From a virus, in IMG/VR virus record IMGVR_UViG_3300029944_000021, positions 1-44,436 of that record: a DNA stretch of 44,436 nt; one strand, given 5' to 3'. Below, one piece after another: positions 25,292 through 33,634 of the stretch (position 1 is the first letter of the stretch; the number at the start of each line of letters is the position of its first letter). Under the pieces are notes generated by a model. That model was not told where the DNA came from, did no database searches, and worked only from the letters and a program-made list of their open reading frames with translations. The position numbers and the translations under genes are program-made.

Positions 25292-26536
25292 TCATTTCCA
25301 AGTTACGAACGTCCCATCCTTGCGGTATCCCTTGTTCGCGATGAAAAGGTACTGATTCGGGTCTTTGCTCATATCCAGATCGGCGGGAGTCATGGCGCGG
25401 CTGACGAGTAGCGGGCCACCACCAGGAGCAGTCTTGGCCGTGTTGGGCTTCACCTCGCCAGTACCGCCCGAAGGCTTAGTCGTGGCGCCGTAGAGCTCCT
25501 GAGCTTCCTTGAAAGCCGCATCCGACAGCCGTCGATTGAATTCTGACGTGCGGAACGATGCAACCTTGTCCACATCCTTGGCCGCCCGACGAATCTGATC
25601 CTGCTTTTTGAATGTGTCATCGCCCAGCATTTCCTGCACAACACGTTGCGCCAGCGAAAGGTTGAAGCGCTGCTTCTGCACGTCGTTCAGCTTGTAGGTC
25701 TTGGCGTACTGGTCGACTACTTTGTTCAGTTCGGGCGCCGATGCGTTGTTTACGGCCGTATCGACCTGTTTGGAGAAGAATTGCTCTTGCTGCTGCTCAA
25801 GGGCGGTCTTTTGCTCCTGCAACTTGCCTTCCATCGGGTTCTTTGGGTTGGCGGTGCGAAGTTGCTTTATATCCTGACCCTGCTTCTGCATCCACTGGTC
25901 TAGCTGATTAGCCAGTGCTGCCTTGCGTGCAGGGTCGGTCTCCGCGGCGAGTTGTTGAATATGGCCAAGCACGCCGGCACGCTCCAGCAAACCCATGGCG
26001 TGCGGAGCTACCGCCGTGGCATACGACTCAGGGTTGCTCCGTGCCAGCGTGTCAAGGTAGTGCGGAGCCAGTGCAGCCATGCCATCAGGGAAGTTCTTGA
26101 ACGCCGAGTCTATCGCTTCAGGGTTGCCGGTCTTGAGCTGCTCGTCCTGCGCATCGTACTGCTGTTGGCGCTGCTGAATCTGCGTTACGCCGTCAACTCC
26201 GCCTACCGCGTCGAATAGCTGCTTGGCGCTTGAGGCGTCCTGCACTGTTGGGAAGACTTTTGCGTAGGCATCAGCGCGGAAGTACGCATCTCCCAGCTTC
26301 TTGATGGTTGCAGCCTGCTCGGGTAGTGCCTCGGCAGCCGCCTTTACCGCGCCTCGTACGTCGGCGGGTCCACGCCGCCCGTCTGCCTGCTGTTGCTGCT
26401 CCTGTTGCTGGCCGTCTTGCTGTTGTCCACCATCGGAGCCATCAGACGTTACCTGCGACTGATCTACGTCGGTTGTTTGTCCGGTGTCGGCTGCCCCTGC
26501 GTCCATGCTCGTGAAGTCTACGGTTGCTGTTGCCAT
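25292..26536 (-). CDS. Candidate scaffolding protein
   Basis: 414 aa, Gln/Glu/Lys/Ala-rich. Lies between the portal and capsid genes. AGGAGG 8 nt upstream of the ATG. Confidence 0.5.
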   Translation of the reverse strand: MATATVDFTSMDAGAADTGQTTDVDQSQVTSDGSDGGQQQDGQQQEQQQQADGRRGPADVRGAVKAAAEALPEQAATIKKLGDAYFRADAYAKVFPTVQDASSAKQLFDAVGGVDGVTQIQQRQQQYDAQDEQLKTGNPEAIDSAFKNFPDGMAALAPHYLDTLARSNPESYATAVAPHAMGLLERAGVLGHIQQLAAETDPARKAALANQLDQWMQKQGQDIKQLRTANPKNPMEGKLQEQKTALEQQQEQFFSKQVDTAVNNASAPELNKVVDQYAKTYKLNDVQKQRFNLSLAQRVVQEMLGDDTFKKQDQIRRAAKDVDKVASFRTSEFNRRLSDAAFKEAQELYGATTKPSGGTGEVKPNTAKTAPGGGPLLVSRAMTPADLDMSKDPNQYLFIANKGYRKDGTFVTWK

Positions 26537-26558
26537 CTCTGGTTCCTCCTGAAATTAC

Positions 26559-26682
26559 TTTGCTGCGACGTGCCATCTACATCCCAACTTATGCCGGGAG
26601 CTAAGGAAGATGGGAGGCAATTCCCATCCGGGCACCAATTCCCGGTTACGCTGGCCTTAACCAGTTCTTCCGTCGCAGCAAA
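26559..26682 (-). other. 124-nt multi-hairpin intergenic element closed by a 12-bp stem
   Basis: tttgctgcgacg (26559-70) is the exact reverse complement of cgtcgcagcaaa (26671-82). Inner hairpins: gatggga/tcccatc (26609-15, 26622-28), ccggg/cccgg (26628-32, 26641-45) and ctgg/ccag (26651-54, 26661-64). Confidence 0.5.
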
Positions 26683-26683
26683 C

Positions 26684-27301
26684 CTATGATCCGCCAAACT
26701 GTGCAGGCTCTGCATCTCCAAACACAGGTTCAGCGCGATGCAACTTTCCATCCCAATATACCGCAAGTACGCCGCCAGGCTTCACCATATCCGTATCTTC
26801 GGGCTCGCCGCGGAACTCTGCGTCGGTGAAATTCTGCAATGCGGCCACATTCGAGGTGTGGCACACGTACAGCGTTAGCGGCTGGTCGCCTTTGCCTAGC
26901 GATGCAGCGAAGAATGCGAACTGCCGATCCTCGAAGGCGTTCAGGCTCTCGCCGTCTGGTATGCAAACGTCACGCGACGCCACGAACAGCTTTAGCGCAG
27001 GCTGATTGTCTTTCTTACTTCGACCGGAGAACACGCCAAGCCGCCAGGGAAACAATCCACGATGCTGATTGACATGCAACTTGTGAGGCTTTGCGGCTAT
27101 GTCGGCAGTAACGAATGCACGCAGCAACGGCGAGCACATGACGCGCTTGATCGGAAACTTAGACAGGAATCGAGCAGCCTCTTCCGCCTGCTTTATGCCG
27201 CCATCGGACAGAGGTATATCAAGCCATGAACGGTAGCATCCGGTCTCGTTCAAAATAGTGTCGCCATGACGAAGAATCAGGGCGACAAGTTTCTCTTTCA
27301 T
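26684..27301 (-). CDS. Histidine phosphatase (phosphoglycerate-mutase-like superfamily)
   Basis: LILRHGDT (RHG motif), DIPLSDGGIKQAEEAARFL, CSPLLRAFVTADI, PDGESLNAFEDR and LYVCHTSN follow the His_Phos_1 pattern. Confidence 0.75.
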   Translation of the reverse strand: MKEKLVALILRHGDTILNETGCYRSWLDIPLSDGGIKQAEEAARFLSKFPIKRVMCSPLLRAFVTADIAAKPHKLHVNQHRGLFPWRLGVFSGRSKKDNQPALKLFVASRDVCIPDGESLNAFEDRQFAFFAASLGKGDQPLTLYVCHTSNVAALQNFTDAEFRGEPEDTDMVKPGGVLAVYWDGKLHRAEPVFGDAEPAQFGGS

Positions 27302-27459
27302 CCAAGCGTACCCGTCTCGTCAACCGCCAGACGCAGCTTATCGTGCCAGTCCTCATGCAGCCTGCAATGCTCAGGCGATACCCACGCACCACACACGGAG
27401 CACACGATTACGCCAACGCCCGATGCTAACCATTTTGCGTCCACCCATTTTCCTTTCAT
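27298..27459 (-). CDS. Small hypothetical protein (53 aa, below the track cutoff) with a CxxC...HxxxH motif
   Basis: Translated by hand: MKGKWVDAKWLASGVGVIVCSVCGAWVSPEHCRLHEDWHDKLRLAVDETGTLG. ATGA overlaps at both ends. Confidence 0.4.
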   Translation of the reverse strand: MKGKWVDAKWLASGVGVIVCSVCGAWVSPEHCRLHEDWHDKLRLAVDETGTLG

Positions 27460-27650
27460 ATTCCATACCACTCGAAAAGGTTATCTCGGTGCTGCTGTTC
27501 GACTGGCGTGCGTAATGGCGTGCCGATGTTTACCAGCTTTACTTTCTGACCAATGGCGTGGCCGAATCCCCATGCGAACTCAAGAAAACTAGGCGTGACT
27601 GACGTCCCGTTCATGTTGATCACGTTACTCTTTGCCGGTTCCATTATCAT
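27456..27650 (-). CDS. Hypothetical protein
   Basis: 64-aa ORF overlapping the portal stop by 4 nt. Confidence 0.4.
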   Translation of the reverse strand: MIMEPAKSNVINMNGTSVTPSFLEFAWGFGHAIGQKVKLVNIGTPLRTPVEQQHRDNLFEWYGI

Positions 27651-30106
27651 AGGCGCCTCGGTGCTTTGATTTTCTGCTCAATTTCGCTAACCGGTGTGTA
27701 CACCCGCGTAGTCTGCTCCACCTCGTGCGGTGCCTGCAACTCCTGCTGCGATGTCTGGATGCCAGCGGCCTGCAACAGCAATTGCGCCTGCTGCTCCGGC
27801 GACAGCTTGCCGGTAAGGTTGACCTTGGGCGGCGGTGCCTGTGCCTTCTGAAGCTTCTGCACCATCGCGGCGTGCCCATCGTAATAGAGCGACACATTCA
27901 TCCACTTCTTAGCAGCCTTGGGGTCGCGTGGGGCTAGTCTGCGCAGTGCTCTGCCGTCCGACTCCTGCATCCACGCGAAGACAGTTGCCTTGATCGTGGC
28001 GTGGTCCTCGTCGTCCTTCTGGCTCACAGGCACATAGGGAAGGTATTGCGGTGTCTGCTGCAACTGTTGCGTGAGCTGCGCAATGTCCTGCTCAACGCCT
28101 TCGCCAGCCTGTATGTGCTGCTCATGCGGCGGCTGGCCGGCTGCCAGCACCTGTGCCGCTCCCTGCTGCAGTATATGCTGCTCTGATTGTAGATGCTGTA
28201 ATTGCTGAGTCATCTGCACGTAGTCAGGGTTTTCAAGCGGCTCGGTTGATAGAAGGGTTTCGATGTCCTCCAGAGCCCCGTCTTCCGCGTTTGCCTCGTC
28301 AACGGTGATGATGTCCTGCAAGTCGAGCGCGTTTATGATCTCCCGCGCATTGGATGGCGTCTGAATAGCCGCGGCAATCTGCGGGTTTGTTGAGGACAAT
28401 TCAAGTATGTGCAGAACCTTGGCCTCACGCTGCGAACCAGACTGCGGTATATCGGTATGCGTCTCGGGGAAGAACTCGAACTGACCCTTCATCAGCGATG
28501 GCTTGACCGATATGTCGCCCTCTCCGGGTATTGTGTCGCTCAGGTCTTCACCGCCATTGCGTGCGCAGCACTTTGCCGCCTGCTCTGCTGCCTTGGCGAT
28601 GGTGAAGTTACCTTTGGCCCACACTGGCCCGTATCGCTCAAGGCTCTGCTGAATTCTAAGCTGCTGGCCGCGCCACGTGTCCTCGCTGCCTTCGGTGGTG
28701 CCGTTCAATGCAGGTACAGCGCCGTCAATCGCCTGAATCAGCGGCCCAACGTAATACTGGAACATCTCAGCCATGCCTGGGATTGGAACAGCCTGGGGAG
28801 TCTGTCCGACCACGTCCTGCATCGACTGACCTTCATCCAATGCCACTTCAATAAACCTGCGAGGGTCAGACTCAAGTTGATTGATTGCCTCAGCGTCGAA
28901 GGCTTTGGACTCCAAAAGCGTTACGGCTATCGATCCTCTGATGTACTTGTCCCAAAGATCGGCCCATATATTAACTCGCTTCTGAATTGGCAGATCGCCT
29001 GTGCCCAGAGCTCTCCGGCTCTGGCCAAATCCTCTGGTGTACATCTGGAGGGCGAGGTGATCATCCATCGATTCAGACCATCCGCAGCATAACTCAGTGC
29101 CCGAGTACACGCCGAAGAACCCGTCAGGGAAGTTGGCGCGGAGGAAGTCTTTCTGCGTATCGGTGATTGCGTCATCGTCAAACATGCCTGGACGAAGCCA
29201 GAAGTATCCCATGGTGGTCTCTCGGATACCCATCGTTCCAGTGATGTAACGGCCCGCCAAGCCGATGCGTGTGTTGATGCGTGCAATGCGTTCAAACTCA
29301 AGCTCACCGCTGCCTCCCCACGATGGCTTGATCTTCTTTCCCATCCACGGATAAGCTGCTCTTGCGATTGCATAGTCAACCTCCTCGAAGACGTAGGCGT
29401 ATCCCCAATCTGAAAGCTTGTCCGCCATCATCGGCCCTTTAGTCTCAAGTACGCCGTGAACGCTGCTCAATTCCCTGCGGTTAGGTGAGCCATTCGAATC
29501 TGTTCCCCACCGCGCATCGGCCACCGTGCGCGTGAAAACCACAGAGCGGCAGTCAGTCCATCCGATGTCGAACAAGTCGCCCTGTAAATTGGGGTTCATC
29601 TTCTCCCAGATGTAGGTGTACTTGTTAGCCTCATCGCTTGCTGCAACATCAGGTGGGTTCTTCGAGCGCCGCGGCGCTGATTTGACCTTGATCTTGCCGC
29701 GATTCAGAGCACCGGTGGCAATGTCGCCCTGTGCGCTGAAGATGTTGGTCGCGTACAGGTTGCGGTCGTCAGCCTCGGCGATGCCGTTCTTACCAGCTCC
29801 GGCGTCCGCGCCGTACACCTGCCATCCACCAGTGCCGCGCTCAGCCTTCAAGTACTGGTGTTGTCGGTCGTAGTGCCGCATCTCCCACGTCTCCAGCACG
29901 TTGAAGCGCCGAGCTGCCTCATCTGCAATGGCGCACTTCTCAAACAGGCTCTTGAGTGTAGGGATGATTGTCTGGTCGGTGAAGTCGGCAGGCTTCCACA
30001 CCTTTGCGTCGGTGACGATGCATGGAGCAAGTTCCCCAGGCTGATATTCCTCGGCTGGCGGAGGTGCCACGTCGGCAGAGTCGGAGACCTGCAGATCTTC
30101 AGCCAC
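27647..30106 (-). CDS. Candidate portal protein
   Basis: 819 aa, the largest head-module ORF, 1.7 kb downstream of terL. The Gln-rich helical C-terminal region recalls the P22-type portal barrel. Call is positional. Confidence 0.6.
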   Translation of the reverse strand: MAEDLQVSDSADVAPPPAEEYQPGELAPCIVTDAKVWKPADFTDQTIIPTLKSLFEKCAIADEAARRFNVLETWEMRHYDRQHQYLKAERGTGGWQVYGADAGAGKNGIAEADDRNLYATNIFSAQGDIATGALNRGKIKVKSAPRRSKNPPDVAASDEANKYTYIWEKMNPNLQGDLFDIGWTDCRSVVFTRTVADARWGTDSNGSPNRRELSSVHGVLETKGPMMADKLSDWGYAYVFEEVDYAIARAAYPWMGKKIKPSWGGSGELEFERIARINTRIGLAGRYITGTMGIRETTMGYFWLRPGMFDDDAITDTQKDFLRANFPDGFFGVYSGTELCCGWSESMDDHLALQMYTRGFGQSRRALGTGDLPIQKRVNIWADLWDKYIRGSIAVTLLESKAFDAEAINQLESDPRRFIEVALDEGQSMQDVVGQTPQAVPIPGMAEMFQYYVGPLIQAIDGAVPALNGTTEGSEDTWRGQQLRIQQSLERYGPVWAKGNFTIAKAAEQAAKCCARNGGEDLSDTIPGEGDISVKPSLMKGQFEFFPETHTDIPQSGSQREAKVLHILELSSTNPQIAAAIQTPSNAREIINALDLQDIITVDEANAEDGALEDIETLLSTEPLENPDYVQMTQQLQHLQSEQHILQQGAAQVLAAGQPPHEQHIQAGEGVEQDIAQLTQQLQQTPQYLPYVPVSQKDDEDHATIKATVFAWMQESDGRALRRLAPRDPKAAKKWMNVSLYYDGHAAMVQKLQKAQAPPPKVNLTGKLSPEQQAQLLLQAAGIQTSQQELQAPHEVEQTTRVYTPVSEIEQKIKAPRRL

Positions 30107-30290
30107 GATGACCTTCCTGCTCTTTCCTGTTAGTGAAAAAACTTCTAGGTAACAAAGCTATCAATGGCGTAAGAGGGCCAAACAATAAAAATGCAAATGG
30201 CTGATCTTTGGTTAGATATCTACCCTGTTTCCACCAAATAATCAATCCGCCTACAAACGGGCAAATCGCATACGCTATGAGCCACTTCAT
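30099..30290 (-). CDS. Small membrane protein
   Basis: The track ORF starts at a GTG (30326) inside a hairpin. The ATG at 30290 gives MKWLIAYAICPFVGGLIIWW..., with two hydrophobic segments. Confidence 0.4.
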   Translation of the reverse strand: MKWLIAYAICPFVGGLIIWWKQGRYLTKDQPFAFLLFGPLTPLIALLPRSFFTNRKEQEGHRG

Positions 30291-30317
30291 CCGTAAATAC
30301 CTCTGGTTCACATAATA

Positions 30318-30349
30318 ATAGCCCACAGATCGCTAAACCTGTGGGCTAT
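30318..30349 (-). terminator. 11-bp perfect hairpin (attenuator/terminator candidate)
   Basis: atagcccacag (30318-28) and ctgtgggctat (30339-49) with a 10-nt loop. On the minus strand it is followed by TATTATTATG (only a weak U tract). Confidence 0.35.
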
Positions 30350-30365
30350 CTTTGAAATGCTGCAA

Positions 30366-30704
30366 TTAGGTAGTTTGCATGAAGGTGATCGCAGTGGGAG
30401 TAGCAACCACAACCGGAGGTGCGCCGATCGTCAGCACAATGGTGGCGCTGATCGAGGTGGGCGAACTGGCAGGCGAAGGAACAATGCCCGACGCCGTGTA
30501 CGTGATTGTCAGGGTCTCGCCAACCACAACCGTGGACGGCAGCGGGATGGTGACAATCAGGCCGGTTGCATCCACGGTAGGTGAAACCGTGGTGTCGCTT
30601 GAGGTAACAGCGAAAGTGGTACCAGCGGAGAACGCGGAACCGGCTGGGGATAGCGTGCCAGTGAATACGATAGTGTTACCTGGATCGGAAGGAAGAAGGG
30701 CCAT
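30366..30704 (-). CDS. Ig-like (Big_2-like) domain protein, paralogue of the C-terminal part of 1134..1595
   Basis: 112 aa with SSDTTVSPTVDATGLIVTIPLP. C-terminus ends PTAITFMQTT. The ATG lies 1 nt after the upstream TAA. Confidence 0.65.
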   Translation of the reverse strand: MALLPSDPGNTIVFTGTLSPAGSAFSAGTTFAVTSSDTTVSPTVDATGLIVTIPLPSTVVVGETLTITYTASGIVPSPASSPTSISATIVLTIGAPPVVVATPTAITFMQTT

Positions 30705-30705
30705 T

Positions 30706-30930
30706 TTATTTCTCCTGTTTGAATGTGATTGCGGTGGGCGTTGGGGTTGTGCGCTTGTAAATCTCCCTCAGTATAAAGGTCTGCTCCTTCGCCTGATGGA
30801 GAATTTCTTTCAGCAGTTTTGTTTGTTCGTTAATTTCATGCGATGGGTACTCGTGCGGATGACTGCGCTTGTAGTTATCAATGTGCAGATCGTAGGCAGG
30901 GTTTGAGTCCCACTCTTTGGGGTATGGCAT
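30706..30930 (-). CDS. Small His-rich helical protein, paralogue of the N-terminal part of 1134..1595
   Basis: 74 aa ending PTAITFKQEK. Aligns with aa 8-50 of the fused paralogue. Confidence 0.55.
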   Translation of the reverse strand: MPYPKEWDSNPAYDLHIDNYKRSHPHEYPSHEINEQTKLLKEILHQAKEQTFILREIYKRTTPTPTAITFKQEK

Positions 30931-30959
30931 TGGAGGTTCTCCAGTAAGTAGGATGCAGA

Positions 30960-31187
30960 TTAGCCCATCGAGGGAATCTGCATCGGCGCTGCCTTTGTTG
31001 CCATGGCACCACCATCGCCACTAGGCTGCGATTGGTCTTCATCGCCCATCGCTTGCGCCACGTCGTCAGCGGTGTAGCCCATCTGCTTCAGCTGATCCAC
31101 ACACTGCATCGCCTGTGGGTTGTCGGTGATCGGCTGCGGTGTACTCGAGTCCCCACCCGCTGCTGCTGATGGGGCAGACTGGCTCAT
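30960..31187 (-). CDS. Acidic hypothetical protein
   Basis: The track ORF reaches 31244. The ATG at 31187 lies 4 nt after the stop of 31192..31395. Confidence 0.4.
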   Translation of the reverse strand: MSQSAPSAAAGGDSSTPQPITDNPQAMQCVDQLKQMGYTADDVAQAMGDEDQSQPSGDGGAMATKAAPMQIPSMG

Positions 31188-31191
31188 GTCG

Positions 31192-31395
31192 TCAGTTGGA
31201 CTGTTCGCCTGCATCCTGTAGTTGCTGCTTCCCTTCATCGCCATCGCTCATCTCCCGTAACCGCTTCATTTCTCTGTCCACGATAGCACGAACCGATTGC
31301 GCGTTAGGCATCAAGCCTTTTATCCGCATCATCGCCTTCGCACCCCTCGTCAAGTCCTGCCGGAATTTTCTGTTCTGATGCGCCTCTGGCCGCAT
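31192..31395 (-). CDS. Hypothetical basic protein (start uncertain)
   Basis: 67-aa ORF overlapping 31304..31630 in another frame. Internal Met codons at 31332 and 31329 are alternative starts. Confidence 0.3.
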   Translation of the reverse strand: MRPEAHQNRKFRQDLTRGAKAMMRIKGLMPNAQSVRAIVDREMKRLREMSDGDEGKQQLQDAGEQSN

Positions 31396-31630
31396 TTGCT
31401 CTTTCCTCCGCTCGTGTTGCTTCCCAGCCTACAGGCTTAGGCTTGGTGGTTGGGTTTACCTGTGCCCGCTGCGTCATCAGCACGCTTGGTCGCTTGGCTT
31501 GGATCAGTCCCTCTTGCAGCACGTCAACGCGGCGCCGCTCCTGCGCTAGCTGCGATTTTAGATAGTCAATCTCGGCCAGCAGCACAGTCCTGAGCGGAAA
31601 GATTGCTGCGATGATCTCAGATAGTTTCAT
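31304..31630 (-). CDS. Hypothetical coiled-coil protein
   Basis: 108-aa ORF with a 4-nt overlap to the upstream ORF. Confidence 0.4.
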   Translation of the reverse strand: MKLSEIIAAIFPLRTVLLAEIDYLKSQLAQERRRVDVLQEGLIQAKRPSVLMTQRAQVNPTTKPKPVGWEATRAEERANAARGASEQKIPAGLDEGCEGDDADKRLDA

Positions 31631-31812
31631 ACGAAAGACCTTCTAGTATACCTAGCGTAGGTGCAATGAGCTTTGTGGATTGGGCCAACAGCTCCGCAGA
31701 AATTGCATCCAACTCCAATCACAGAAAGCACTTCATCAACCCCAACGCGGTACATGAGCTTATCTAAATCCATCTGCTGGGTTGCAGTAAGTCCCATCAA
31801 TCCCGCCTCCAC
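31627..31812 (-). CDS. Hypothetical protein
   Basis: 61-aa ORF overlapping the terL 3' end by 16 nt. Confidence 0.35.
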   Translation of the reverse strand: MEAGLMGLTATQQMDLDKLMYRVGVDEVLSVIGVGCNFCGAVGPIHKAHCTYARYTRRSFV

Positions 31813-33407
31813 GATGGCCTAACCACTGGCCTATCTTTCTTGACCTGCTGCTTCCATACATGCTGCGCTGCGATCATCATACGGTCTTGCGGCGTGGCTG
31901 TCTCCATCTTTTCCTGGTAGATATCGTCAGTCGTCTTGCGCTTGGGTGACAGCATCGACTTAGTGAGGTAGCGGCAGGCATCTCCTAAGTCCTGCTCCAG
32001 CTTCGCCGCTGTCTTGTCAGTCTTCAGCACGTCGTCTAGGTCTTTCGGGTCGCGCATCAGCACGGGTATAGCCTTTAGTAGCTCAGCGCACTCGGAAGAT
32101 ATCAGAATGGCATCGTCGTACTGGAACCTGTGCCCATCCTTGTCCACGCCCCATCCACAGCCCTTCGTAGCCTTGAACAGCGATGACATCAAACCGTAGC
32201 CGCCCTTGCGGTCGTTGTCAGCCTTCTGCGCGCCCACCACGCCACTCTTGCGCAGCACCCTGCTCTGCTGATTTCCGATGGAGTTCTGATCGTCGGTCAC
32301 CTCTTCCGGGCTAAGGAAGTAGCTCTTTATCTTGGCACGCTCATCCGCCAGCATGCAATCGATAAGGTCCTGCCCAACTTCAGGTGCTTCTTTCTCGTTA
32401 CACACGTATTCTCTGTAGATTACGGTCAAATTGATTGGCTTTATCAGCGTATTCCATCCAAGAAGGTCCTCAGCCTCTGACGGCTTTAGCGCAATCCGCA
32501 GCGCCCACAGCGTAGCGCACCAGTGTGTCCTTCCCCAGTCCTGAGCCATCCAATGATTAGCCCACGGGCGCTTTAACTTGTCAGCCAAGCTAGGCACGAT
32601 GCGTACCGACTCCAGATCGAAGCTGTTGGCGAAGTATGCTCCCTCAAGCGAATCCCAGTCGCCTTCCCAGTCTGCCTTAGCAATGACTGGATCATCCGAT
32701 GCCAGACCGCGCGTGTACGGGCCTCGCTCGGCCGCATACGCCTTGCGCTGCTCATCCGACCAATGGTAGTAGTCAGCCTCGGTGTAGCCGTCCTCTTCAA
32801 GAGCAGCAAGCACCCATTGTGAGTTATCCCACGGATTTACCTTGAGGAATGCGTAGTCTGTTGGGTCTTCGGCCGCATTTAGTTCGATAAGGTGGAACCA
32901 CTTACGCAGCCACTGAATGCCGCTACCACGCATGTTGAACAGCAGTAGTATCTTCGCCGGCCTCCCACCCTTAGACCTGCAAGCCTTGCGCATCTCCCGT
33001 ATCTCGCGCTCAGAGAACTGTTCAGCCTGGTCAACGATGATCAGGTCATAGTTTCCTGAACGGAACGCCTCCTCAACCGCGTCGTAGTTCTCGGCGTACT
33101 TGAACTCCATCCGCGATCGGCCAACCCGCAACTGCGCTGGCGGACTCATCTTCAGGTTTCCAGCAAGCCATGGGAAGTCGCGCTTGATCGCCTCAAGGTG
33201 GAACGGGACAAGCTGCGCCTGCCACGTCCGCATAACCAGGCACACAGTCATGCCCTGGCGCTCGTGCATCAGCGTTATGGCTACGCGGTCAGCGCCGGAA
33301 GACTTTGCAGCGCCGCGGCCGCCGCCGACGCCAATGGTTGACGCCTCTGATTCGGTCAGCAGCCGATATATTTCAGACTGCTTAGGCTGTAGCTCTATTT
33401 GCGGCAT
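31797..33407 (-). CDS. terL: Terminase large subunit
   Basis: 536 aa. Walker A-like GVGGGRGAAKS and Walker B-like DLIIVDQAEQ. A small-terminase-like gene lies upstream. Confidence 0.85.
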   Translation of the reverse strand: MPQIELQPKQSEIYRLLTESEASTIGVGGGRGAAKSSGADRVAITLMHERQGMTVCLVMRTWQAQLVPFHLEAIKRDFPWLAGNLKMSPPAQLRVGRSRMEFKYAENYDAVEEAFRSGNYDLIIVDQAEQFSEREIREMRKACRSKGGRPAKILLLFNMRGSGIQWLRKWFHLIELNAAEDPTDYAFLKVNPWDNSQWVLAALEEDGYTEADYYHWSDEQRKAYAAERGPYTRGLASDDPVIAKADWEGDWDSLEGAYFANSFDLESVRIVPSLADKLKRPWANHWMAQDWGRTHWCATLWALRIALKPSEAEDLLGWNTLIKPINLTVIYREYVCNEKEAPEVGQDLIDCMLADERAKIKSYFLSPEEVTDDQNSIGNQQSRVLRKSGVVGAQKADNDRKGGYGLMSSLFKATKGCGWGVDKDGHRFQYDDAILISSECAELLKAIPVLMRDPKDLDDVLKTDKTAAKLEQDLGDACRYLTKSMLSPKRKTTDDIYQEKMETATPQDRMMIAAQHVWKQQVKKDRPVVRPSWRRD

Positions 33408-33634
33408 CAGTAGCCAAGCACACGTATAACGCTATCGGGATGACTTCCATTCGTGTCGCTTATGGCAACGAATTCGTACAATGAATGCCGTATAACGCCT
33501 TTATTGGAGCGTATAACAGACTGAACATCTTCCCTGTATAACAGTTGCAGACCCTGTATAACAGCCTCGGTATAGTTTCCCGTTATACGCTCGTTCAGGT
33601 CATCAGGTATGCGTGCCGCTCTCAGTGTGCTCAT
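33407..33634 (-). CDS. Small protein whose coding sequence carries the GTATAAC repeat array
   Basis: 75 aa from the ATG at 33634 (TGATG overlap with the upstream ORF). Its stop overlaps the terL ATG (TGATG). Confidence 0.4.
   Translation of the reverse strand: MSTLRAARIPDDLNERITGNYTEAVIQGLQLLYREDVQSVIRSNKGVIRHSLYEFVAISDTNGSHPDSVIRVLGY
33424..33588. repeat. Array of six GTATAAC motifs (candidate pac / DNA-binding site array)
   Basis: Direct copies start at 33424, 33490, 33511, 33536 and 33556. An inverted copy sits at 33582..33588. Extended consensus YGTATAACR. Confidence 0.6.
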
